DNA of 64,000 nucleotides, from the NCBI GenBank assembly GCA_030641665.1, contig DAOWHA010000050.1:2632-66631 (forward strand), written 5' to 3'. The notes under the pieces were generated by a model that was not told the DNA's origin, searched no databases, and saw nothing but the letters and a program-made list of their open reading frames with translations. Positions 53,201-60,900 of this stretch are shown one piece after another (position 1 is the first letter of the stretch; every line of letters starts with the position of its first letter). This stretch comes from a bacterium. GTDB lineage: Bacteria > Patescibacteriota > Patescibacteriia > JAACEG01. The translations under genes were made by a program, and so were the position numbers.

Positions 53201-55874
53201 TGCCTTCTAAATTATATCCTGTGTCAATAACTTTTGTCAGATTAGCCGCTGCGCCGTTTAAAGACCTAAAAGCTGTGGCGCCGATAAAACTCGCGCTGGT
53301 TGCTTCTCCTGCCGCGGACGCCCATTCTATAAAAGTATCGGCTATGCTGTCATCAATAATGTCTGTTTCTAAAATATCAGTAAAACTTGAGTTAGTAATC
53401 AGATTAGTCCCCAAATTCGGCTTTGTCCTAATATACTCGCGGCACCCCTCGCTGGAACTGGAACAAATTTCCGCTTTTTTGTTTAGATAAATGTCATTAT
53501 TAACATTAGGAACAAGCTCTTGATTTATCGTAAGCCGCGCTTTTGATCCGTCTAAAACGCATTCTATCCCTTTATGCGGAACAACGCACGATTCAATAAT
53601 GTCGCCGTCTTGGTCAATATCATTTACATCCGCAATTTCGCATCCGTCTGCATTGGCGCAATAATTATCTAAATTCAAATCCCACCCTTGGCTTAAGCAA
53701 GCCCAAGCGTCGTCCCCCGCGTTTCTTGAAGCGCAATGCCATTCGCATCCGGCGCTGTCTTCACTGCATCCGCCGTACTCCGCAGTATTTTTCAGATAAA
53801 AAACTTCGTTTCCTTTCGGAGACGCGAAAGACTGGCAAGTATTATAATAACTGTCGCATTCATCTCCTTGAAAATCCCAAACGCGCTTCTCCTCTGAACA
53901 GTATCCGTAAAAAAGGCAATTTCCTTTTGCATCTTCTTTTAAGCAAGACTGTTCGTCGGCGCAATATCCGTCTCTCATAATATTAACGCGCGGCTTCTGG
54001 TCATACTCGTCGTCAAAGTCGCCATCGCTGTCAATGTCAATTCCTTGTGAAACTTCTTCGCTGATTATCTTCTCTCCTATTCCTTCAAGTTCGCAAAAAA
54101 GTTCCGGCGCTTTCAGCACCCAGCTCGGATCAATCAGTTTATAAAAAGGCGAGGCAGGATCGTCAAACCCGCTTATTACTTCCTGAATATTATAAATCCT
54201 GAAATCAGAGGTTTGATTGCCAATATGCCTTGCGGCTAATTCCCAGCCGACCGGGATTATTCTGTATTTTCTTAAAATTACCAAATTTCTATAAGAGTAT
54301 CCTTGATTATACAGCGGCTCAATATCTTTTGAAGTAAATCCGAACGGAAAATTGCCGCTTATATATCCTTGATTAAGAGCTTCCTGAACCGTAAGTTCCT
54401 GCTGGACAGCGTCGGCGAACTGCTGCGTAATTACGCATTCTGTCGGTCCGGCGTTTTCAGGATCAGGGCACATTAACAATTTTGACAAAATTGAATAAGC
54501 TCCGCCTGTTTTATAATCCGGCTGAAAAATTTTTGAATATTTCGCTTTGGCGGCTTTAGCGCCCTGGCTGACCCTGGCTGCGGATATTCTGCTTGCCGAA
54601 CTGTCAACACCGCTCAGCCAGTTATAATCTGAATCTTCGTCATCTCCGCGCAGTTTAGCCATCCCTTCCATCACCCATTTGTTGATCAACTTGCTCATTA
54701 AAGTATTAGCGAAAGTCGCGACTGCGTCGGCTATAATGTCGCCCGTGAAAACTTCTTCAAACTTCGTCCCTTCGTCAATCGGCTTGGTTCCCATTTTATA
54801 GACCACATTACCAGGCGTTAAAATATTTCCTGCGGCATCTGTGATAGCTTTCCAGCCGCCGCCCTCTTTCCGCGCTTTTTCAGCAGTATCAATTCCAGCC
54901 TTTCTTTTTTCTAAAAAATCACTATGCATTGTTAAAGCGATTCCGATGTCGTTCTCTTCCGGATTCCAATATCCTTGAAAGCGAGTTAAAAAATCAGGAT
55001 CGTTCACAAACTCATCCCAATTTCGCGAAGCGCGGCTGTATGTGCACTTCGGCTTTTTCGGCCTCTGTATTTCAGCTAAATCAGCTGTTAATCTCATCTT
55101 AACATTAAAATCCGGCTCGCATAAAAATTGCACTATGGATCCTGCCGCCCCCTTGCTATATCTTGAGCCAGCAGATCCAGCGGTAGGACCGCCAAAATCT
55201 TTCTTACTTAAATCATCTGTCTGTTTTTCGTAAATTTCAAGGCATTTAATCGAATGATCTCCTTCGCATACGCTCCAACAATTCTCAATGATCATTTTTT
55301 CTGAATTTGGCAAAAGATTAAAATTGTCTGGTATTTCTCCGCACTTTTTTTCACATCCGCTAACAAAATCTTTCGAGCATTCTATAAAATCATCGTTAGT
55401 TTTTGAATAAGCATCTTCTTCTGAGGAATGCCTGTCCCACTGGCTCGCCGCTGCCATAATAGCTGTTCCTGCGGCTTCATCAGCCGCGTCCAGCATATAT
55501 TCCTCCCAATTAGAAGTAAAAATCATCGGCTTCTGACCCTTGTCTCCGCTCGCTACCCAAGTCGCGCTTTCTAAAGCTAAATTGCGCAAAAAATTATGCA
55601 GCGCTGCCTTAAAGCCAACCGCCGCCCAATGCTTGCCGAGTTTCTCTTCTGCTACTTCCCATTTTTCCCAAGCCCATTTTAACGCATCGCTTACTCTTGA
55701 CCATATATTTGATAATGTATTTGGGATAGAAGAGACATCAGTCGTTACTTCAACGGGAATCGCCCGAGCGTTTTTTACTATCAATAAATTAAATCCTACT
55801 GAATGAAAAATAAACAGAAACAGAATCATTAAAATAACTAATCTGTTTTTTTTCTTTTTTGTTTTGTTAAACAT
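47235..55874 (-). CDS. 2879-aa Cys-rich secreted or membrane-anchored giant protein
   Basis: Uninterrupted ORF, N-terminal hydrophobic segment, many C..GC..Y motifs, NxxF-type beta-sandwich starts. Confidence 0.85.
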   Translation of the reverse strand: MFNKTKKKKNRLVILMILFLFIFHSVGFNLLIVKNARAIPVEVTTDVSSIPNTLSNIWSRVSDALKWAWEKWEVAEEKLGKHWAAVGFKAALHNFLRNLALESATWVASGDKGQKPMIFTSNWEEYMLDAADEAAGTAIMAAASQWDRHSSEEDAYSKTNDDFIECSKDFVSGCEKKCGEIPDNFNLLPNSEKMIIENCWSVCEGDHSIKCLEIYEKQTDDLSKKDFGGPTAGSAGSRYSKGAAGSIVQFLCEPDFNVKMRLTADLAEIQRPKKPKCTYSRASRNWDEFVNDPDFLTRFQGYWNPEENDIGIALTMHSDFLEKRKAGIDTAEKARKEGGGWKAITDAAGNILTPGNVVYKMGTKPIDEGTKFEEVFTGDIIADAVATFANTLMSKLINKWVMEGMAKLRGDDEDSDYNWLSGVDSSASRISAARVSQGAKAAKAKYSKIFQPDYKTGGAYSILSKLLMCPDPENAGPTECVITQQFADAVQQELTVQEALNQGYISGNFPFGFTSKDIEPLYNQGYSYRNLVILRKYRIIPVGWELAARHIGNQTSDFRIYNIQEVISGFDDPASPFYKLIDPSWVLKAPELFCELEGIGEKIISEEVSQGIDIDSDGDFDDEYDQKPRVNIMRDGYCADEQSCLKEDAKGNCLFYGYCSEEKRVWDFQGDECDSYYNTCQSFASPKGNEVFYLKNTAEYGGCSEDSAGCEWHCASRNAGDDAWACLSQGWDLNLDNYCANADGCEIADVNDIDQDGDIIESCVVPHKGIECVLDGSKARLTINQELVPNVNNDIYLNKKAEICSSSSEGCREYIRTKPNLGTNLITNSSFTDILETDIIDDSIADTFIEWASAAGEATSASFIGATAFRSLNGAAANLTKVIDTGYNLEGRKFSFSFYAQNCVGTNFQFYIPAIAGSPIELISGNNDDWERFNVNYTFPTDGTIDAFDTELTISVSGAAGGIPLGCLIDSVQLEEVAGDGYLFSYEDYHNSNSLYLKKAPDYYNCELYTVYNDAFDDQSGCETAGHFWRTDIERCAEGGSEQCANFALECRPDDVGCDLYEPTNGDPSIPGVVRSDDFCPETCNGYNAYKQEATFFESEKFPEFLIPNNEEKCSAQYAGCSEFTNLDKLEEGGEAIEYFSYLRPCHGINGDCASFYTWIGSEETGFQLVAHMLLDADSNGYPDNIYNIADAADIFGDCNNYDDAIRNPECNEFYSEANIISYRHYKNTVSCSDDCHPYRKTKSSQADCVVHSAGSWDWGEWSANNECIYEALSEQGIVCPASKNDCYEYRGNTSNNIRKVIDDGFEQAVNNCGVGALSSESLIRGGHSLKINLGDDMNYSLKAHCDLGFVCALDEGCECEVNNETVCYAQNTEQTCLYKSLLGHQKTYFLSFWAKGAGSLTAEFSSAPAGEEFASGSVNLGPEWQKYSLGPVLVGWDMSSDDPMSAPGDNILETLRISGFSGISYIDNIILKEERDKLFLIRPDFWNVSSVCDQDHNGAYAPQYMLGCEEYESEVEKQTVYLKSFNRLCGEDVAGCEALIDTFNSHSYLEEIFNLGDISEITVFGDKIDTLVNDKGKICKSKEKGCSALGTANYRYNMNKTTENLADDRDDLYQYETVYKINDPDEYNDTLCLFDNVGCGKFSSDVMGDSYFKDPVSQRIKGDAKICEYKLVGGQTDAGWYLANTTSGAPNCPLAYSDIGVEYAAKTCLGGGGGICETDADCPGGYCNNWTAICPPEIDGCAEYIDPISSISKNIVFNGDFAQDVDVDGVPDGWSVAAGDYITNVPVRLEQDTVYTVLSNSNGAGSAIILENCVDGLVGNPIDLISPDDSMDIITPINGAQIVSDESDQQFSGRFYTGKDSAINCDLSVSGNLVPSEFVKILKTGIYYNIDSSIDKAECNGLVDYEKGCVLFNRREISSGLAIEDIIYDADRNDKNINTPQSCLIGGIPDGTCDSNLLVKVKPTRTCGEWLYCKGTVNVTGKDGAIKRKCTDIGACNSMNEQGKCDGFVVSEPINQTANATVSLDDIRDRAGYTKIGKQGVAEGYYPLHTMSQESVQIKIPNNNFELIENIDYPVGWLYEGALFEDEFSVISDPVSAQGIGLEYMSPEGRSFLSVGADYAAVTETISLIGTEEGNRYFVSAWVNTLNLKASNAEIQLREMDAFGNMIRDYHSILSVPRSDYWQFKTAAFDVDLSTKRIVLRLVAPGSAPDGNFYIDEIRIKPALKIGDTDVYSPQTCRSYPKQDALSCEYFSDSGIKNIGKFGYCLEYDRFPGNPRQCLLWWPVDKLSSEGIEETGRVLGYDGKFPVFYCSDMDANFDFVENRTSEIISDLDDYCCDTNLLTAFADWMLAGLPSLIINGAYYGDLTNFLNGGCGSRMIVYNDNDAGMQTCNSTNYKVEVRIYSDGNCGAFNTDTEYNLRFTCIPKNDATHIPISGNWYIYDGDLVLNEPNPDPQVMIYDYTESRLVDPMDYRLRCDKIYQTVSHFDIGENKAWTDRVRDGTDYRTGELGSFDYYHTSEDKPFGSMIPPEGVNPIYWDGNDNTDILDPILFRENLSEGAIAGLPYGCSDGSTQGNTCDVIGRCSGHPELICAHPYPSGDWNHHDDNLLLHCPCNDAHTICETCEPISNLGNISDNNAVEILKRIFAKSYGTWEWDHASSQYRDCGIDIACVLNDWNPPDNICAGTPAARPAYSNTTGLCAGGDCFAGCGSNPAGATCDFCGVPPIVENIKVNGNISGNYNFSISNDVNLEFNSIIDYNQLPLATYWIDWGDGTDASPNISYVSNGIQDRPDEDDPHSESRQYSYYEMLLNDPSSVSIECGAAGATLFGDLSVVCGAFPCCATQPRIRLKDNWDWCNGDTTRAVCNQWEYYNGYIIASEF

Positions 55875-55969
55875 AAATATTTTAATTTTGAATTTCCAAT
55901 TTTAAATCTATTAAGTTATCATAAAAAATTCTTCTTCAATTATATCTTTGCGAGAAGTTTTTCCCTTAT

Positions 55970-56111
55970 TGTCTTTGCGAGCGGGGTGCAACGGAGCGAA
56001 GCAATCTCATTACTGAGCGGACAAATCTATAATTATAATTTGTCTATCTATATAATAGGATTGCTTCGTCGCGCCTCTCTCGCTTCGCTCGTTCAGCTCC
56101 TCGCAAAGACA
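55970..56111. repeat. Palindromic element copy K (preceded by an extra left-end remnant at 55943-55957)
   Basis: Same outer and inner IRs. Confidence 0.93.
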
Positions 56112-56398
56112 TGGTGGGAAGCAAACAAATTTTTGAAATCAAAATTTTTCTTTTTAATTAAATCTATTTTCTTTTTTCTTGAACCGCCTTTAATCTATTT
56201 TTCTCTTAAAATCGCTTCTTCTATTTTATCAAAAACTTCATAGTAAACTAATTTGTCAACATTATATTTTTTAGTAAATCCTTTAATTGTTTTATTTTTA
56301 TGCTCTTTAATTCTTCTATTTAAATCATTAGTTACACCCGTATAAATAACTGTATTATTTTGATTGCAGAGTATGTATATAAAATATTGCTTTTGCAT
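56093..56398 (-). pseudogene. GIY-YIG nuclease pseudogene (in-frame TAG at 56195-56197)
   Basis: YFIYIL..IYTGVTNDLNRR..EH..GFTKKYNVDKLVYYE..AILREK*IKGGSRKKKIDLI; family-like sequence continues past the stop. Confidence 0.88.
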
Positions 56399-56414
56399 AA
56401 TTTGCGCGGTTTTT

Positions 56415-56473
56415 AATGAGATTGCTTCGTCATTTCGTTCCGCTATCGCTCCACTTCATTTCTCGCAAAGACA
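56415..56473. repeat. Right arm of the palindromic element directly upstream of the GIY-YIG gene
   Basis: AATGAGATTGCTTCGTCATTTCGTTCCGCTATCGCTCCACTTCATTTCTCGCAAAGACA. Confidence 0.9.
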
Positions 56474-56626
56474 GGGTGTAAAATTTTTAAATTTAATTAA
56501 AATTTTGTCCATTTTTTCATTTAAACTTTTATTGCTTTCTATTAAAATATCAAATTTAGAGTTTATGTCTTTTAAGGCAACTAAAAGGTCATTTATGGTT
56601 TTTAATTCAATTCTTGCCTTTGCCAT
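56456..56626 (-). CDS. Small coiled-coil protein (56 aa) ending inside the element arm
   Basis: MAKARIELKTINDLLVALKDINSKFD...FTPCLCEK*; starts 14 nt after the upstream stop. Confidence 0.55.
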   Translation of the reverse strand: MAKARIELKTINDLLVALKDINSKFDILIESNKSLNEKMDKILIKFKNFTPCLCEK

Positions 56627-56640
56627 AAATTTTTTTAATT

Positions 56641-57297
56641 TTAATTTCCCATTTCCGCGATGGTCTCGTAATACATTTTTATCAAATCCGCGTCGGAAAT
56701 TTTTTTCATCTCTTCAAACGGTATCCCTGCCTGTAAAAGCATCTGCCGAATCTCTTCAACGCTCGCGCCGCCGCTTAAAACCTTTTCCGCTCCGCCCGTT
56801 CCGCTGCTGGCGGAACTATTTTGATTATCCGTCAATGGCTGCAATTGATTTAAAAAATCGCTATAATTTTCTAAATCGCTTATGTCAACCGCGCTATCTT
56901 CCAACTCACTATCATTTAATACCCCACACTCCTGCCCGCGCGGACAAAGCGGATTTTCTTTATCGTTAATCTCTTGCGCGTCAGAATAGCCGTCACTGTC
57001 CGTATCTTCTAAATAAGGGCTTGTGTTGTAAATATTTATTTCATCATAATCAGATAATCCATCCTGATCAGTATCGCTGTTCTGCTGATTTAATATCTCT
57101 TGCAGCTCCTGCTCTTCGTATCCGGTAAAATTTTTATTATCAATTCCATTAATATTAAAAGAACTATTTATAGTCGCGTTAAAACGCAAAAATCCTAAAA
57201 TCAAAGCGCCCACCCCTATGGCTAATAAAAAAATTTCTACGGAGCGGCTGTTCTTTGTTTGATTTTCCTGATTATCTTTTTCCATATCATTATACAA
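56641..57297 (-). CDS. Membrane-anchored protein with thrombospondin type-3-like Ca-binding repeats
   Basis: Single TM; DTDQDGLSDYDE and DTDSDGYSDAQE. Confidence 0.8.
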   Translation of the reverse strand: MYNDMEKDNQENQTKNSRSVEIFLLAIGVGALILGFLRFNATINSSFNINGIDNKNFTGYEEQELQEILNQQNSDTDQDGLSDYDEINIYNTSPYLEDTDSDGYSDAQEINDKENPLCPRGQECGVLNDSELEDSAVDISDLENYSDFLNQLQPLTDNQNSSASSGTGGAEKVLSGGASVEEIRQMLLQAGIPFEEMKKISDADLIKMYYETIAEMGN

Positions 57298-57339
57298 TAA
57301 AAATAAAAAAAGGTAAATTTTAAAACTGAAAATTAAAAA

Positions 57340-57825
57340 CTATTTAATATCCATTATTTTGTCGGTTTTAATTTTTGCTTCCTGCTCAAGAAAAAATTTG
57401 TTCACTCCTGGGATCGTTTTAAGCCACTCTTTGATTAGTTTTATAATTTTTTTAACTTTTACCTTTGTCTTTTTTAAAATAAAAAAAATCTTAGCCGCTG
57501 TTTCTTCGCCTTTCTTTTTAAATTCAATCTGTCTGCGCGCTGATAAATTTACATAGATCTCTTCCATTCCTTCAGATAAAATATTTTCTATTTTTTCCAC
57601 TTCTAAAGATTTTTGCAAAGGATGCGGCTGGGCGCTTGCGTCTGATTTTTTAGGCGCGATTTTTTTTTGTTCTATTTTTTTCTGTCTTCCAGCGGCGGTT
57701 TGCTCTTTTTTAAAATCTTCGCCAAGCGTTTTTTCGCCCTCTTTTTTTTCAACCGCTAAATCCGCTTTTTCTTTGCCAAAATCATTTGTCCGTTTTTCAA
57801 GTATATTTTTTAAATTATCAAGCAT
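57340..57825 (-). CDS. Conserved hypothetical protein
   Basis: IENILSEG..FKKKGEETA..WLKTIPGVNKFFLEQEAKIKTDKI; co-oriented with the surface-protein cluster. Confidence 0.75.
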   Translation of the reverse strand: MLDNLKNILEKRTNDFGKEKADLAVEKKEGEKTLGEDFKKEQTAAGRQKKIEQKKIAPKKSDASAQPHPLQKSLEVEKIENILSEGMEEIYVNLSARRQIEFKKKGEETAAKIFFILKKTKVKVKKIIKLIKEWLKTIPGVNKFFLEQEAKIKTDKIMDIK

Positions 57826-57835
57826 AAAATTATAT

Positions 57836-57893
57836 TGTCACCCTGAATTCCGTCCAAAGGATGGTCAGCCTCTGGACGGAATTCAGGATGACA
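57836..57893. repeat. Hairpin related to the 15428 element
   Basis: TGTCACCCTGAATTCCGTCCA..TGGACGGAATTCAGGATGACA. Confidence 0.8.
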
Positions 57894-58037
57894 TTTATTT
57901 TTTTTTAGTTATTTTATAACTCGTAATAATTAAATTTATTATACCACTTTTATTAAAAAAATAAAATAGTTTGATTTATGTAAAAAATTATCTTATACTT
58001 TAATTATTATCTTACATCTTAAGCATGCAAAAAGCAT

Positions 58038-59132
58038 ATGAAAAAGGAATTAACAGTCGGACTAATTTTTGGAGGAAAATCAGCCGAGCATGAAGTCTCT
58101 ATTATGTCTGCAAAAAATATATATGCCGGCTTAAAATTAAACCGATATAAAATAATTTTAATCGGAATTGATAAAAAGGGCTGCTGGCGGCTGGTAGAAA
58201 AAGACTGCTTTCAAAATATAATAAAGGGATTAAAAAAAATAAGCGATCCTGAAAATAAAAAAATTGCGATAATTCCGCAAAGCAACGGTAAATTTATGCT
58301 GCTCGGCAATAAAAAAGAGGTTATAAGAATTGATGTTGCGTTCCCTATTCTGCACGGACCTTTTGGCGAAGATGGAACAGCGCAAGGGCTGTTTAAAATA
58401 ATAGATGTTCCGTTTGTTGGTCCGGATATTTTAGGCGCGGCAATAGGCATGGATAAAATATTTATGAAACGCATTTTAAAAGAGCAAAAAATCCTAATAG
58501 CTGATTTTTTATATTTTACAAAAAATCAAAAACATGAGATAAATTATAATAAAATTATTGATTGTTTAAAATTGCCATTTTTTGTCAAGCCAGCTAATCT
58601 TGGTTCGTCTGTCGGCATCAGCAAAGTTAATAATCAAAACGAATTTCAGGGTGCGATAGACGATGCTTTTAAATATGATAAAAAAATAATTATTGAGGAA
58701 TGTGTTATCGGAAGAGAGATTGAATGTTCCGTGCTGGGAAACAAAGAGCCGAAAGCGTCAATTCTGGGAGAGGTTAAATTGAACGATGATTTTTATTCTT
58801 ATGAAACCAAATATATCAGCAAAAGCGGGGCGGAAACCGAAATACCCGCAAAATTGCCAGAAGATACGATAGAAAAGATTAAAAAAATGGCGATTAAAAC
58901 ATTTAAAGCGCTTGATTGCGAGGGAATGGGGCGGGTAGATTTTTTCTTAACGGAACAAAACGGAATAATTGTAAATGAAATAAATACAATACCTGGATTT
59001 ACGGAAATTAGCATGTATCCAAAATTATGGGAAGCCAGCGGAATGCCGTTAAAAAAATTAATCAGCGAATTGATTAAGTTGGCGCTGCAAAGATTTAGCA
59101 GAGATAAAAAACTAAAAACTTCTTATAAATAG
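58038..59132 (+). CDS. ddl: D-alanine--D-alanine ligase
   Basis: FGGKSAEHEVS, LHGPFGEDG, GSSVG, NEINTIPGFT..SMYP. Confidence 0.96.
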   Translation: MKKELTVGLIFGGKSAEHEVSIMSAKNIYAGLKLNRYKIILIGIDKKGCWRLVEKDCFQNIIKGLKKISDPENKKIAIIPQSNGKFMLLGNKKEVIRIDVAFPILHGPFGEDGTAQGLFKIIDVPFVGPDILGAAIGMDKIFMKRILKEQKILIADFLYFTKNQKHEINYNKIIDCLKLPFFVKPANLGSSVGISKVNNQNEFQGAIDDAFKYDKKIIIEECVIGREIECSVLGNKEPKASILGEVKLNDDFYSYETKYISKSGAETEIPAKLPEDTIEKIKKMAIKTFKALDCEGMGRVDFFLTEQNGIIVNEINTIPGFTEISMYPKLWEASGMPLKKLISELIKLALQRFSRDKKLKTSYK

Positions 59133-59192
59133 CTTTGAATTACGAAATAACATTTTGTAATTCAAAGGAATAATAAAAAGATAAAAAATATT

Positions 59193-60116
59193 ATGGAAAA
59201 ATCAGAAATTAGAAAATCATATTTTTTAAACAAATATGTCATTATCACACCGAGCAGAAAAAAAAGGCCTCGCGACATTAAAGAGACTACAATCATAGAA
59301 CGGACAGGCGAATGCGTCTTTTGCCCTGAAAATGTTAAAAAAAATAATGTCGTTGTTAAAGAGTTCGGAAAAAACGAAAAGAACTGGAATATTTTGGTTA
59401 TAACAAATAAATACCCCGCAGTTACGCTGGGCAATAAACTTGCTTATGGCTATCAGGAAGTTATCATTGAAACGCCTGATCATGCCGAAGTTCTCGCGCA
59501 ATTTCCAGTCAACCGCATTGATAAATTATTAAGGGTCTACGCGGACAGGACAAAAGATATATCAAAGAACAAATCCATTGAATATGTTTTGGTTTTTAAA
59601 AACGAAGGTTCAAAGGCAGGCGCAAGCGTTGTGCATGACCACTCGCAAGTTTTCGCGACTGGAATATTGCCTCATAATATTTACGAGGAGTTAAAATTAG
59701 CTAAAAAATACAAGTTAAAAAATAAAAGCTGCCCTTATTGCGATATTATCAAGCAAGAAATGAAAGGTCCGCGCAAAATTTTTGAAGATAAATATATTGC
59801 CGCTTTCGCTCCTTATGCTTCAAGATACCATTATGAAGCATGGATTTTCACAAAAAGGCATCTTGATAATATCGCCCAATTAAACAGCGATGAATTCAAG
59901 TCTTTTTCCAAAGTTTTAAAATTAATATTGTCAAAACTGCATGAATTTAATATAAGTTATAATTACTTTATGCATCAAGTTATCTCGGATCAAGACCAGC
60001 ATTTTTATTGCAAAATCCAGCCGCGCGACAGTGTTTGGGCTGGTGTTGAACTTGGCTCGGGGCTTGTGATAAATTCCATACCCCCAGAAACCGCGGCAGA
60101 ATTTTATAGGGAATAA
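59193..60116 (+). CDS. galT: Galactose-1-phosphate uridylyltransferase (GalT/HIT family)
   Basis: RKKRP, CVFCP, NKYPA, FKNEG..AGASVVHDHSQ, CPYC. Confidence 0.85.
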   Translation: MEKSEIRKSYFLNKYVIITPSRKKRPRDIKETTIIERTGECVFCPENVKKNNVVVKEFGKNEKNWNILVITNKYPAVTLGNKLAYGYQEVIIETPDHAEVLAQFPVNRIDKLLRVYADRTKDISKNKSIEYVLVFKNEGSKAGASVVHDHSQVFATGILPHNIYEELKLAKKYKLKNKSCPYCDIIKQEMKGPRKIFEDKYIAAFAPYASRYHYEAWIFTKRHLDNIAQLNSDEFKSFSKVLKLILSKLHEFNISYNYFMHQVISDQDQHFYCKIQPRDSVWAGVELGSGLVINSIPPETAAEFYRE

Positions 60117-60270
60117 AATAATAATTTATGCCAATAAAAAAAGCAGCTTTTAAACTGCTATTTTTTATTTTTATTTTTATTTTTTTTAATGTTGTCCATA
60201 TAGGACAATAATGTATTATTTTTTTATAAAATAATATGTATTTTATTGATTAAATTGTAAAAGAACTTTT

Positions 60271-60411
60271 TTATAAAACAACGCATACTGCTCCGCCTGC
60301 TATAACACTAGCGCAAATCATAACCATAGTAAACGCAAAATTCATAATCCCTCTATTCTGCGCCCTAATCTCTTCGTTTTGCTCTTCAACGCTTCGTATT
60401 GTATCTTCCAT
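60271..60411 (-). CDS. Small peptide with C-terminal TM (46 aa)
   Basis: GGGGGTG SD; MEDTIRSVEEQNEEIRAQNRGIMNFAFTMVMICASVIAGGAVCVVL. Confidence 0.55.
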   Translation of the reverse strand: MEDTIRSVEEQNEEIRAQNRGIMNFAFTMVMICASVIAGGAVCVVL

Positions 60412-60530
60412 ATAAACTGCACCCCCTTTCTTATTTATAATTTAATTATTATATAAATATATTATAGCATATATTCACCTTTTTGTCAATATGTGCTAAA
60501 ATATTTATATAAGTTGATAAAAAAATAATT

Positions 60531-60899
60531 ATGAAACAAAATACATTTCTTATAGCGCTAAAATATATATCTGTTGATCTGATTGGAGATATTTTATTGT
60601 TCCCTTTGTGGTGGTATACAAAAGGATTAAAAAAAACAGTTGCTTTTTGTGCGCAAAAAGCAAAAAACGCGGAAAACGCGCTCGGTATTAAAATCTGGCT
60701 CACAAGCCTATTTAAGCCTATGTACGCTCAATACGACTGGCAAGGAAGAATTATAAGTTTTTTTATGCGAATTTTCCAAATAATCTTCCGCTCTGTTTTA
60801 TTTGCTGTCTCTCTAATTTTCATATTTATCTTACCTATAATTTGGGTAGCGCTTCCGATATTTATTGTTTTTCAAATTGTCTTAATCGCAACAATTTAA
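60531..60899 (+). CDS. Conserved hypothetical membrane protein
   Basis: FPLWWYTKG, LFKPMYAQYDWQGRIISFFMR. Confidence 0.75.
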   Translation: MKQNTFLIALKYISVDLIGDILLFPLWWYTKGLKKTVAFCAQKAKNAENALGIKIWLTSLFKPMYAQYDWQGRIISFFMRIFQIIFRSVLFAVSLIFIFILPIIWVALPIFIVFQIVLIATI

Positions 60900-60900
60900 T

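Noticed and set aside
39040-55806. Many 60-180 aa antisense or alternate-frame ORFs within the giant genes and the atp genes
   Set aside because: They overlap long, well-supported ORFs and show no recognisable motifs or translation signals.
56195-56197. TAG recoded as Gln (alternative genetic code) in the GIY-YIG gene
   Set aside because: TAG is a normal stop for pilC, the antiporter, NYN and radA in this window; a single CAG-to-TAG nonsense change is simpler.
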